Below are positions 1 to 9,428 of a stretch of 64,000 bases of DNA, in pieces (the first letter of the stretch is position 1; the number at the start of each line of letters is the position of its first letter). Under the pieces are notes generated by a model. The model made no database searches. It saw nothing but the letters and a program-made list of their open reading frames with translations, and was not told the DNA's origin. Source of the stretch: an uncultured Poribacteria bacterium (GTDB lineage: Bacteria > Poribacteria > WGA-4E > WGA-3G); contig OX638351.1 in assembly GCA_951813565.1 (NCBI GenBank), positions 4,768,001 to 4,832,000 of the forward strand, in the 5' to 3' direction. Made by a program: the position numbers and the translations under genes.

Positions 1-156
1 TTGCCAATTGCCGTTAGCAACTTTCCAGTCCCCGTAATCTTTCTCAAAATCCCACAGTTGTGTCCCTGCGGATGCTGGAAAAGAAATCAGCACACTACAA
101 AGAATGAAAAGACCCAAAACGGCTAATTTCGTCAATACGCTATAATTTTTTAACAT
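1..156 (-). CDS. Partial (5' end only) secreted protein, MLKNYSVLTKLAVLGLFILCSVLISFPASAGTQLWDFEKD...
   Basis: ATG at 156 with AGAAAGGAG RBS upstream; signal-peptide-like N-terminus; frame open to the window edge. Confidence 0.75.
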   Translation of the reverse strand, partial: MLKNYSVLTKLAVLGLFILCSVLISFPASAGTQLWDFEKDYGDWKVANGNWQ

Positions 157-433
157 TTTAACTCCTTTCTTTTTGTCAAATTCTACGATCTTAATATACA
201 TAAGATATGAATTGAGTTTCACTTGGTGCGTCCTGTTCAATTATATCCTGTTGTAGTGCATGGTCCGCTTGCACAACGAGGAGACAAACATTGAAGTATT
301 CTCCAATGCAACAACAAAAACCCGCGACGATATGCCTCGTTTGATAACGAAGCACGTGCGGGCACAAAAATATCGCAGCATATAAATCCTGCAATAAGAC
401 CTTGTGATATATATGAAAAATTAACGAATTTTC

Positions 434-452
434 GGGGGGGGGGGGGGGGGGG
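434..452. repeat. Poly-G tract (19 nt)
   Basis: Counted directly; immediately followed by TATAAT. Confidence 0.85.
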
Positions 453-1018
453 TATAATGAAGCTCTGGTTAAAACAAATCCAGCGGGTATTGTGCAAAAA
501 CAATCCTGTTCAGAAAGTAGGAACCCTACGAACTTATTTCCGATTGACGATTTCGCATATCTATACTTCATTTTATCCTCAGGTATCCAGTACTAAACTG
601 CGTGGCATTATAATATTCTATTCGCGTCATGCGATTTGTAAAATTCATTATACTTAACATCTTGTAGAATGTCAACTTTTCTTGAAAATGGGTGTGTAAA
701 TATTTTGGCATTAACCATGTCATTTTCTTGTTGGAGGGCTTCGTCCGCCCGATAAATCCAAATCAACGCCTCATGCGCGTATGGCATTCACATTAAACAC
801 CGCTAACCTTAAGAAAATGTCCAGGTGTTTTTAGATTTTACTGTAATCTGAAAGTATAGAGCTGGACACCTGTTCTTACAGAAGATAGGCATTTAACAAA
901 CGATTGAAAATATGGAGAACTAAATGACCTGTGAAATTGAGTATGTAAAATTGCCATGAAGAATTACGGAGACTGTGTGTCGGACATGAATGTGCGGATT
1001 CGAGGTCATACTCATTAT

Positions 1019-2677
1019 TTATCTTCTTTCCTCTATGACAAGCACTTGATTCGGCTTAACGTTTTTAAAGGTTTCAATATGTCCACAAACCCAGTGAACT
1101 GTAACTGAGCCAACCTGCTTGATATCTCCTAATCCGAAGTGTAGGCGTAAGTCGTTCTGACTAAGATAACCCGATCCGCTTTTGACCTCTCTTATTTGTG
1201 ACGATTTACCTGCCGTAACAGTCACACGTGCCCCAATCGCATCACGCGTACAATGTGTGCCAACCAACTTTAGACTTAACCAATTCCCAAAATTACCGCC
1301 ATCATTCCGTAAAACGGTAGGACTATCTTTCAAATTAGCGACAACTATATCTATGTCGCCATCATTATCAATATCTCCGAACGCTGCACCGCGACTTACC
1401 TTTGGTGGCACATTGACTTCAGCTATTTCAAAGATGGTACCCCGATTGTTCCAAAAAAGTTGATTTACTTGGGCATACTTGCCAACTGGATCAATCTCCG
1501 CGATATTGTCATCAAGGTGACCGTTAGCGACGAACAGATCAAGCCAACCATCATTGTTAAAATCCACAAAATCGACACCCCATGCCAAATAGGGCAAACT
1601 CTTTTCACCTATTCCTGTGGCGAAGCTAAGATCGTTGAAAAACCCGTTTTGTGAGTTATGATACATGTTATTCACTTGGTCTTGAAAGTTAGTTATAACG
1701 ATATCCAAAAAACCATCGTTGTCAAAATCACCGAGGTTAGCACCCATGCCGCTAAAGGCGCGTCCATCTTCACTCAAGGCAACCCCTGCGAAAAGTGCAT
1801 CTTCAGTAAATGTTCCGTTGCCATTGTTTAGATAGAGAAGATTGGGAGTGGTATCATTTGCAACAAAGATGTCAATGGCACCATCATTATCAACGTCACC
1901 GCAAACAACACCCAATCCTTTGCCAGGTAATGCAGTAATCCCTGCTTTTTTTGTCACATCAGTAAATGTTCCGTTGCCGTTGTTATGGTAAAGTCTATCT
2001 GATTCACCTTCAAGGGCTTCAGGGGTACAATAAGTTCGAATACCATTTCGCGAGCATATCGGATTCGCATCCAGGTCAAATTTGACATAGTTGACAACAT
2101 AGAGGTCCAAATGCCCATCTGCATCATAATCAAGAAACGCACACCCGCTGCTGAGTTGATTGCCGCCAATGCCTGTGTGACCAGTTACATTTGAGAACGT
2201 ACCGTCTCCATTATTTTCATAAAGCACATTCGGGCCGTAGTTTGTTACATAGATATCCATGTAGCCATCGTTGTTGTAATCACCTACGCAACATCCTAAA
2301 CCGTAACCTGTGTCACCTACAGACGCTGCAGATGTCACATCAACATATTTACCATTATCATTGCGATAAAGCGTATTTTTAGAGGCAGTTGGAGAGGCTG
2401 TACTGGTTAAATCTCGCCCATTCACGAGATAAAGATCTAAATCGCCATCGTTATCAAAGTCGATGAGTGCGATTCCTCTTCCGAGTGGTTCAATGAAGTA
2501 TTTTTTCCCACTTTCGCCATTTACATCATAAAATTGGATACCGATTTCTGTTGTAACATCAGTAAACCGTACTTTTTCATTTTTATAAGTAGCTTCCTGT
2601 GCCTTGCAACTGTTTCCTTCGGATATCAATAACGCGATAGACAATATCGTGAGAAATATTAAATGTTTATACTGCAT
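1019..2677 (-). CDS. CRTAC1 family protein (FG-GAP/VCBS repeats + ASPIC/UnbV domain)
   Basis: Repeated D-x-D/N-N-D-G-x-L-D motifs; C-terminal GSGYLSQNDLRLHFGLG; signal peptide from MQYKHLIF (ORF track extends to 2830). Confidence 0.92.
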   Translation of the reverse strand: MQYKHLIFLTILSIALLISEGNSCKAQEATYKNEKVRFTDVTTEIGIQFYDVNGESGKKYFIEPLGRGIALIDFDNDGDLDLYLVNGRDLTSTASPTASKNTLYRNDNGKYVDVTSAASVGDTGYGLGCCVGDYNNDGYMDIYVTNYGPNVLYENNGDGTFSNVTGHTGIGGNQLSSGCAFLDYDADGHLDLYVVNYVKFDLDANPICSRNGIRTYCTPEALEGESDRLYHNNGNGTFTDVTKKAGITALPGKGLGVVCGDVDNDGAIDIFVANDTTPNLLYLNNGNGTFTEDALFAGVALSEDGRAFSGMGANLGDFDNDGFLDIVITNFQDQVNNMYHNSQNGFFNDLSFATGIGEKSLPYLAWGVDFVDFNNDGWLDLFVANGHLDDNIAEIDPVGKYAQVNQLFWNNRGTIFEIAEVNVPPKVSRGAAFGDIDNDGDIDIVVANLKDSPTVLRNDGGNFGNWLSLKLVGTHCTRDAIGARVTVTAGKSSQIREVKSGSGYLSQNDLRLHFGLGDIKQVGSVTVHWVCGHIETFKNVKPNQVLVIEERR

Positions 2678-2914
2678 AAGATGTATATGTGTAATGGAAA
2701 AAAGAGGATAATTGTATAAAGGAGATAGGACCCACTTTTTGTGAGACAACTTTTTGAATATAGAGGTACTTTGAAATTTGGGAAAATCCTGAAATTGATT
2801 AAAAATTTTAATGTTCACGTTAGCGTACAACGCATTTTTTTATAGAATCTGATATAATATACAGAAAAATATTTTTATGGGCAAATTTGTATAGCGGTGT
2901 TCGGATTGAATATA

Positions 2915-3349
2915 TAGTAAAACCTATAATTAATGGGACACTTCTGTAGTGCAAACTTTATGAAGATTAATTTATTAATTCGGTCCTTCTGATCTCTTTT
3001 CTGTCTGAATCACGGATTATCGCGGAGAACGCAGAGGACGCGGAATTAAGAGTTTCTTTGTTACCGACCCGTCTCTTGCGAAAGGAAATGTAGCAGACAC
3101 AAAAGCATTTTCCGCGTCCTCTGTGTTCTCTGTGCCTTCCGCGATTCAGACAACCAGATAATGCACCTCATACAAGAAAAACATAAAACAAGATGTCTAT
3201 CGTTAGAAAATTACCGAAATATATTCTTAATCTTCATTTAGTTTGCGTCTCATAAGGCACAAACTAAAAGTTTGTGCTACAACTTCTATTGTCCATTATC
3301 TTTCCAAGACAAGTTTATCAAAGTGTCCCAATAATTTCAAAGTTCACTA
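2915..3349. mobile_element. IS630-related MITE with a nested inner MITE (about 2960-3237)
   Basis: Ends TAGTAAAACCTATAATTAATGGGACAC / GTGTCCCAATAATTTCAAAGTTCACTA with TA flanks; near-identical parts at 33424-34979. Confidence 0.8.
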
Positions 3350-3353
3350 TAAT

Positions 3354-3965
3354 TTAGTCTTGTGCATCCCTACTGAACGCAGTTTCAAAGCGTTGCCGCA
3401 ATATATCTGGGCTGGTATGCATATAGATAAGCGTTGCGTCTAAACTTGTGTGTCCTAATGCAATGCGTACCGATTCTAAATCGTGCGTAGCGCGATAGAG
3501 TTCTGTGCCGAAGGTATGGCGTAAATCGTGGGGGGTGAATCTTAGCCCTAACATTGCTGATGCTGCTTCCATGATTCGCTGAAAGTCTCGGGGTGCGAGG
3601 CGGTTTTTTGTGCGGAGCGTGCAAAACAGGGGACTGTCCACATCGTCTTTTTCGCCTTGTTCAGTTTTCCACATTAAGAAATCGTGGAGTGCGTCTCGGA
3701 CATCGTTGACGAGAGGAAGTCTCCTTGAAACCTTATTTTTTGCGATTTCTGACCGGACTTCTAACGTAGTAACAATGTTTCCAAATTTGAGCACATCCCC
3801 GATATTCATGCCGCATGCCTCAGCGTTTCGGAGTCCTGTTCGGAGGCAAAAGAGTACGAGCATTCTATCGCGTTCTCTATTTTTGAGTGTTTCTAAAAGG
3901 ATTCTCTGTTGTAATTCGTCGAGTACTCGGGGTTGTTGTACTTTTTTTCTTTTTGATTTCGCCAT
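3354..3965 (-). CDS. Tyrosine recombinase, catalytic domain only (203 aa)
   Basis: TGLRNAE (R), AKNK (K), PHDLRHTF (HxxR), LGH and TLIY motifs; GGAG RBS before MAKSK. Confidence 0.92.
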   Translation of the reverse strand: MAKSKRKKVQQPRVLDELQQRILLETLKNRERDRMLVLFCLRTGLRNAEACGMNIGDVLKFGNIVTTLEVRSEIAKNKVSRRLPLVNDVRDALHDFLMWKTEQGEKDDVDSPLFCTLRTKNRLAPRDFQRIMEAASAMLGLRFTPHDLRHTFGTELYRATHDLESVRIALGHTSLDATLIYMHTSPDILRQRFETAFSRDAQD

Positions 3966-3995
3966 TTGGCTCTCCATAAAAATTTGACGATTTTG

Positions 3996-4024
3996 ATTGT
4001 ATCATTTTTCGTTTTCAGGGTCAA
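3996..4024 (-). promoter_or_regulatory. Sigma70-type promoter of the recombinase
   Basis: TTGACC-17 nt-TACAAT on the minus strand. Confidence 0.65.
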
Positions 4025-4027
4025 CAT

Positions 4028-4063
4028 TTTAATGACGTTTTGCACGTACAATACGTCATTAAA
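4028..4063. other. Putative tyrosine-recombinase core site (15-6-15 palindrome)
   Basis: TTTAATGACGTTTTG-CACGTA-CAATACGTCATTAAA; arms match at 14/15. Confidence 0.6.
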
Positions 4064-4488
4064 TGCCTGTACAGTTACATTTCGTATTCTGTTATTTCTA
4101 TTTTCCAACCGTTACCTGTTACAAATTTTTTTGATCTAACCCGCCGACAAAAATGTTGCATTTGCACTCGCAATGGTGTATGCTAATTAAAAATAATTTT
4201 TTCACCCGTTTGTTCCATTTTTTAATTTCATATAACCTCGTCAAAAATTTGGTGTGTTTTCTTATCCCGCACATTTTCATGTCTATCTTATTTCTGTACA
4301 GGTAACACCTTAAATATATTTGTGCCAATTCGTTCCATTTAACAGTTTATGTTTCCCATGTGGGATATACGTTTAATTAAGGTCCGTCTGTCAATGTTAA
4401 TTTTTCAGATTGTATTTCACAAACCATTTATACTTTATAAATCTAATTCACTTCTTCAATCCAATATTTTCGAACAGGAGGAATCGTC

Positions 4489-5502
4489 TTGAAAAAAAAG
4501 TGGCGTCTTCTTATCCCTATTTTTCTTACATGCCTAATAATTATAGAAACCACCCCCGCAGCAATTAAGGTCGGTTTAATTTACGATGTGCGCGGTCGAG
4601 GTGATCTCTCTTTTTGTGACGCTGCATACACAGGTGCTAAAAAAGCTGCTGATAAATGGGATATTAAACTTACCGAGGTTAATCCCGGACAAAGCACCGA
4701 TACGGAAATAACATTGCGCCGTCTCGCAAAATTGAAATACGATCTCATCATCGGTGTCGGTTTCCTTTTTAGAGAACCGATGAACCGTGTTGCAGTTGAT
4801 TATCCAAATGTCAACTTCGCACTGATTGATGCTGAAGCTGAACCTGACAATGTGGCATCACTTATTTATAAGGCGCATGAGGGGACGTTCCTCGCTGGTG
4901 TCATCGCAGCATTAAAAACAGATACAAAAAAGGTGGGGTTTGTCGGCGGTATGAAGATTCCACTCGTTGAAGCATTTGAAATCGGATTTGCGGCTGGCAT
5001 AAAAGCAACTAACCCAGAGATTGAACTTCTTGTCAATTATGTTGGCGTTACCCCGCAAGCTTTTGATGACCCGGCAAAAGGAAAAGAATTAGCACTCGCA
5101 CAATATAATAAAGGGGTAGATATTATTATTGCAGCTGCTGGGGCAAGCGGATTAGGTGCGCTTGAAGCAGCGAAACAGACAAACAAATATATTATTTGGG
5201 TGGATTCAAATGGGAACGGTTTAATTCCGGGTCAGGTACTCACAAGTATTATTAAAGGTGTAGAATTGTCTGTTTATCAGATGATAGAAAATGTTGTGTC
5301 CGGAACTTTCACAGGTGGGCTAAAGAATTATGGTTTAAAAGAGGGTGGTATAGAATATATTGTTGATGAAGACAACAAAACGTTGTTATCTGAAGATATT
5401 TTGAAAAAGGTTGAGGAATTTAAGGCAAAGATTATTGCAGAAGAAATTGTGGTGCCGCATCTGCGTTCGCAAACCAAGTCAACCGAGAAAAAGAGGAAAT
5501 AA
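4489..5502 (+). CDS. BMP family ABC transporter substrate-binding protein
   Basis: GRGDLSF, YKAHEGTFLAG, FDDPAKGKELA, AAAGASGLG motifs. Confidence 0.9.
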   Translation: MKKKWRLLIPIFLTCLIIIETTPAAIKVGLIYDVRGRGDLSFCDAAYTGAKKAADKWDIKLTEVNPGQSTDTEITLRRLAKLKYDLIIGVGFLFREPMNRVAVDYPNVNFALIDAEAEPDNVASLIYKAHEGTFLAGVIAALKTDTKKVGFVGGMKIPLVEAFEIGFAAGIKATNPEIELLVNYVGVTPQAFDDPAKGKELALAQYNKGVDIIIAAAGASGLGALEAAKQTNKYIIWVDSNGNGLIPGQVLTSIIKGVELSVYQMIENVVSGTFTGGLKNYGLKEGGIEYIVDEDNKTLLSEDILKKVEEFKAKIIAEEIVVPHLRSQTKSTEKKRK

Positions 5503-5505
5503 TTT

Positions 5506-6465
5506 GTGGATCGACTCAAAATTGTTGTTCCCGGTGACGCACCGCCCCAAATTCAAGGATCGCCGCATCTGGAACGTTTAAAACCTTATGGCGACGTTGA
5601 AGTATATACGGATCGTCCAGAAACTGCAGAAGAAAAAGTCCGCCGTGCTGAAGATGCGGATATTCTCATTAATTCACGCGGAATGGTAAAATGGCACGCA
5701 GATGTATTACCATATCTGCCAAAACTAAAACTCATCTCACTCTGCTCAATTGGCACTGATATGATTGCACTTGATGCGGCAAAAAAGAGAGGGATCGTTG
5801 TTTGTAATCAGCCCGGCAGAACTGCCCCTATTGTTGCAGAACACAGCTTCGGTTTAATGTTTGCGCTCGCGAAACGTGCCGCTTTTATGACTACATCTAT
5901 GCAAGTGGGGAAATGGCCGCGTATGGATAACGTTTATTTGCAAGGTAAAACGCTTGGGATTGTCGGCACAGGACACATCGGTTCGGAGATGGCACGCCTC
6001 GCTAAATCAATCGGGATGAACGTTATCGCATGGACATATCATCCGTCTGCTAAACGTGCGAAACAACTCGGCATCCGATATGTTTCTTTTGAGGATCTGC
6101 TGCGGATGTCTGATGTTGTAAGTCTACACGTTAAATTGACAGATGATAGTTTTCATCTTATCGGGGAACGCGAACTTGCATTGATGAAACCGAATGCGCT
6201 TTTAATTAATGTAGCACGTGGACAAATAATTGACACAGACGCACTTGTTCATGCACTAAACAGCGGACACCTTGGCGGCGCTGCGATTGATGTTTATGAA
6301 CAGGAACCGCCTCCCGCAGATCACCCGCTTTTAACATGTGAACAGGTAATTTTAACGCCGCATTGCGCTGATATGACGCCCGAAGGTGTTGACCTGCTTA
6401 ATGAAGGCGCGGTTGACAATATCATCTCTTTTTTAGAAGGCAACCCGAAAAACGTGGTTGTGTGA
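5506..6465 (+). CDS. D-isomer-specific 2-hydroxyacid dehydrogenase
   Basis: GIVGTGHIG Rossmann motif, INVARG, DVYEQEPP, LTPH. Confidence 0.9.
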   Translation: MDRLKIVVPGDAPPQIQGSPHLERLKPYGDVEVYTDRPETAEEKVRRAEDADILINSRGMVKWHADVLPYLPKLKLISLCSIGTDMIALDAAKKRGIVVCNQPGRTAPIVAEHSFGLMFALAKRAAFMTTSMQVGKWPRMDNVYLQGKTLGIVGTGHIGSEMARLAKSIGMNVIAWTYHPSAKRAKQLGIRYVSFEDLLRMSDVVSLHVKLTDDSFHLIGERELALMKPNALLINVARGQIIDTDALVHALNSGHLGGAAIDVYEQEPPPADHPLLTCEQVILTPHCADMTPEGVDLLNEGAVDNIISFLEGNPKNVVV

Positions 6466-6501
6466 CGATAAATCGGATAAACAGACTGTTACCTTAATAT
6501 A

Positions 6502-7309
6502 CTATAGTTTGGACAATTTTTAGAGTTCTTAGGTAATAGTCTGCCTTAAAAGAACAACTCTTGACATCAATATCGGTTTATTGATACACCTTTCGCCCCG
6601 CTGGGGCTAAAGAGGGTTTGTTCACGATGTTTCTATAAACATTCCGCCCCGACAAATGCCATACGGGGAATGCCAAAAGGCATTCATACCCGGTGAATGA
6701 CTAAAGACGAATGCGCTTGGTAGAATACGCTTTTGGTATTCTACATGATTCGCCATGATTCATACCGTTGATTTCTTGATTTGGCGCATTTGGCGTTGAT
6801 TTGGCTGGGGCTGCTCTTATTTGCCATGAGGATCTTTTTCTGTGAGTTACGTCCCCGTGAAAAACTCAACGAAAAATGAGAAATACTTGAAAACAGACCA
6901 TGAAATAGTAGTTCGTCCGTCGGGTAGAGCGAATGCGAAACCCATAGGTGTCAACTTAAAGAAATTTACGCGTGCTAAATACCCAACTTATGAGATGACG
7001 ATAGGTGCGCGTTGTAAGTGCGCTGTTTTATCTTCCTGTAGGAGCGACCTCCTGGTCGCGACATATTACGAACGGTCGCGAGCTGGAGATCGCTCCTACA
7101 AGAAGAAAATCGAGCGGACAAGGTTTCCCTCCCACAAGAGAAAATCCAGCATTTTTTCTTAAGTTTACACCTATGGGTAGAGCGACTGCGAAACCCGACA
7201 CGTTTACTCCATGTCGGATTTCGCATTCGCTCTACCCGACCTACACCCCACCCACAGACAAAACAGATGAAACTCAATTTCACCAAGACAAAAATTGTCC
7301 AAACTATAG
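6502..7309. mobile_element. MITE with CTATAGTTTGGACAATTTT terminal inverted repeats, containing nested REPs and smaller elements
   Basis: TIRs at both ends; 8-bp duplication TTAATATA (6494-6501, 7310-7317); same TIR as the IS at 56711. Confidence 0.85.
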
Positions 7310-7316
7310 TTAATAT

Positions 7317-9344
7317 ATGCAGAAACAGAAAGTTATAAGAAAAATTGGCGTTGACACGGGCGGCACTTTCACCGACATCATCATGTCTGTGGAAGATTCT
7401 ATTTGGACACATAAAGTGCTTTCCACACCACGCAATCCTGCTCACGCTGTTATAAAAGGTGTGAGTGAAATATTGAATACTCACAACATAGATTCTTATG
7501 ACAATGTAGATATTGTTCACGGTTCTACTGTTGCTACAAACGCCCTACTTGAACGTAGAGGCGCACGTATTGCCCTTGTTACCACAAAGGGTTTTGAAGA
7601 TGTTTTAGAAATCGGAAGGCAGGCGCGCCCCAATCTCTACGATATATTTGTCGAACGCCCCGCACCACTTGTGTCTGCAGAACGCCGATTCGGTGTCCGA
7701 GAACGAACATTGCATACGGGTGAAATTCAAACTGAAATTTCTTCCTCCGATCTTGAGACACTCGCAACACGTCTCGCAACGTTAAATTTAGATGCGATTG
7801 CGATATGTTTCCTTTTCTCTTATGTCAATCCGAAAAATGAACAGATTGTCGCAGATTATCTCGCAAGTCTCAATATACCGATTTCATGTTCTTACGAAAT
7901 CCTGCCCGAATACCGTGAGTATGCGCGTTTTAGTACCACTGTTGCGAATGCATATATCCGTCCCACGTTGGAAAGGCATCTATCTACGCTTACCGAATCG
8001 GAGCGTTTTCCCAAGTCCTTTCGTTTGATGCTCTCAAACGGTGGTTGTATCTCTACAAGGAATTTTAAATCTGCGGGTATCCAAACGGTGCTTTCTGGAC
8101 CCGCTGGTGGCGTTATCGGTGCGTACCACGTCGCCAAAACTGCAGGATATGAAAAGATTATCACTTTTGATATGGGTGGAACTTCTACGGATGTCAGTCT
8201 GTGTGATGACGGCATCTCTATGACAACTGAAAGCACAATCAGCGGTTTGCCGATTAAAGTGCCGTTAATTGACATCCATACTGTCGGTGCTGGCGGCGGT
8301 TCTATCGCCACTGTGGATTCGGGGGGTGCGTTACGCGTCGGTCCTGAAAGTGCAGGGGCTGACCCCGGACCGATATGTTACGGTAACAACGGAAAAGAAA
8401 TTACTGTGACTGATGCTAATCTATTTTTAGGACGTATTTCACCAACGCAGTTTTTAGGCGGACAGATGTCGCTTGCTTATGATGCTACGCAACAATATAT
8501 TGAAAAGTTTGCTGATCGTATCGGACTGTCGGCACTTGAAACTGCAGATGGTATTTTAAAGATTGCCAACGCAGCAATGGAACGTGCTATCAAAGTAATA
8601 TCTGTTGAACGCGGGTTTGATACACGTGATTTTACGCTCGTGTCATTCGGTGGGGCAGGCGGGTTGCACGCCGCATTTCTTGCTGAAAACCTCGGAATAG
8701 GTACTGTACTTATTCCACCAAACGGGGGTTTGCTCTCTGCTTACGGTATGCTATTTGCCGATGTTGTCAAGGATTACTCACAGACGGTGTTATGGAAAAC
8801 TGAAGGTAGTGGCATGGATTTACACAAACAATTAGAGAACGGTTTTGACGCGCTGCTCATCCGCGCAAAGAGCGATATGGAATCGGAAGGGTTTGATTTA
8901 TCACAACTCAATATCAAACGTTCACTGGATATGCGGTATGAGGGGCAATCTTATGAGTTGAATGTGTCTTATATAGATGTGGATACGGATTTTGTGCGTC
9001 AATTTCATGCCATGCACGAACAGCGATTTAGTTATGCACGTCCTGAGGCAACGGTTGAGGTGGTAACCCTACGCCTCTCTGCCATCGGTGAAACTGAAAA
9101 ACCAGCTCGGACTTCTGAACCGCTGACAGATGCTGACCCTTCCGATGCTCGAATATCGCAAAACAGTGTTATCTTTGATGGTGATGTTTATCCAACTGAC
9201 TTTTATCAACGGGAGTCGCTGCGTCCCGGTAATCGGATACAGGGTCCGGCAATTATAACAGAATTCAGCGCGACGACTGTTGTCCCACCCAATTTTTTTG
9301 GTGCTGTTGATGTGTATGGGAATCTGATTTTGGAGCAGAGGTAG
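7317..9344 (+). CDS. Hydantoinase/oxoprolinase family protein (subunit A)
   Basis: GVDTGGTFTD, HGSTVATNALLE, DMGGTSTD, GAGGGS, GPESAGADPGP. Confidence 0.93.
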   Translation: MQKQKVIRKIGVDTGGTFTDIIMSVEDSIWTHKVLSTPRNPAHAVIKGVSEILNTHNIDSYDNVDIVHGSTVATNALLERRGARIALVTTKGFEDVLEIGRQARPNLYDIFVERPAPLVSAERRFGVRERTLHTGEIQTEISSSDLETLATRLATLNLDAIAICFLFSYVNPKNEQIVADYLASLNIPISCSYEILPEYREYARFSTTVANAYIRPTLERHLSTLTESERFPKSFRLMLSNGGCISTRNFKSAGIQTVLSGPAGGVIGAYHVAKTAGYEKIITFDMGGTSTDVSLCDDGISMTTESTISGLPIKVPLIDIHTVGAGGGSIATVDSGGALRVGPESAGADPGPICYGNNGKEITVTDANLFLGRISPTQFLGGQMSLAYDATQQYIEKFADRIGLSALETADGILKIANAAMERAIKVISVERGFDTRDFTLVSFGGAGGLHAAFLAENLGIGTVLIPPNGGLLSAYGMLFADVVKDYSQTVLWKTEGSGMDLHKQLENGFDALLIRAKSDMESEGFDLSQLNIKRSLDMRYEGQSYELNVSYIDVDTDFVRQFHAMHEQRFSYARPEATVEVVTLRLSAIGETEKPARTSEPLTDADPSDARISQNSVIFDGDVYPTDFYQRESLRPGNRIQGPAIITEFSATTVVPPNFFGAVDVYGNLILEQR

Positions 9345-9428
9345 TTTTGTCCAAATTGATTGACTTCTAATGTAGTATTGTGGTAAACTTCAACTTGTGA
9401 ATCACAATCCTTTTAGCGGAGTTAACCT

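Noticed and set aside
191..657. ORFs 191-571, 237-503 and 457-657
   Set aside because: Poly-Pro comes from the G tract; no RBS or recognisable domain, and three overlapping frames look equally unconvincing
3354..3965. Prophage or integron integrase
   Set aside because: Too short, no IntI-specific insertion, and no phage genes, tRNA or attC array nearby
6842..7520. Short ORFs in the 6.5-7.3 kb region
   Set aside because: Chance frames through MITE/REP sequence, or antisense to the hydantoinase
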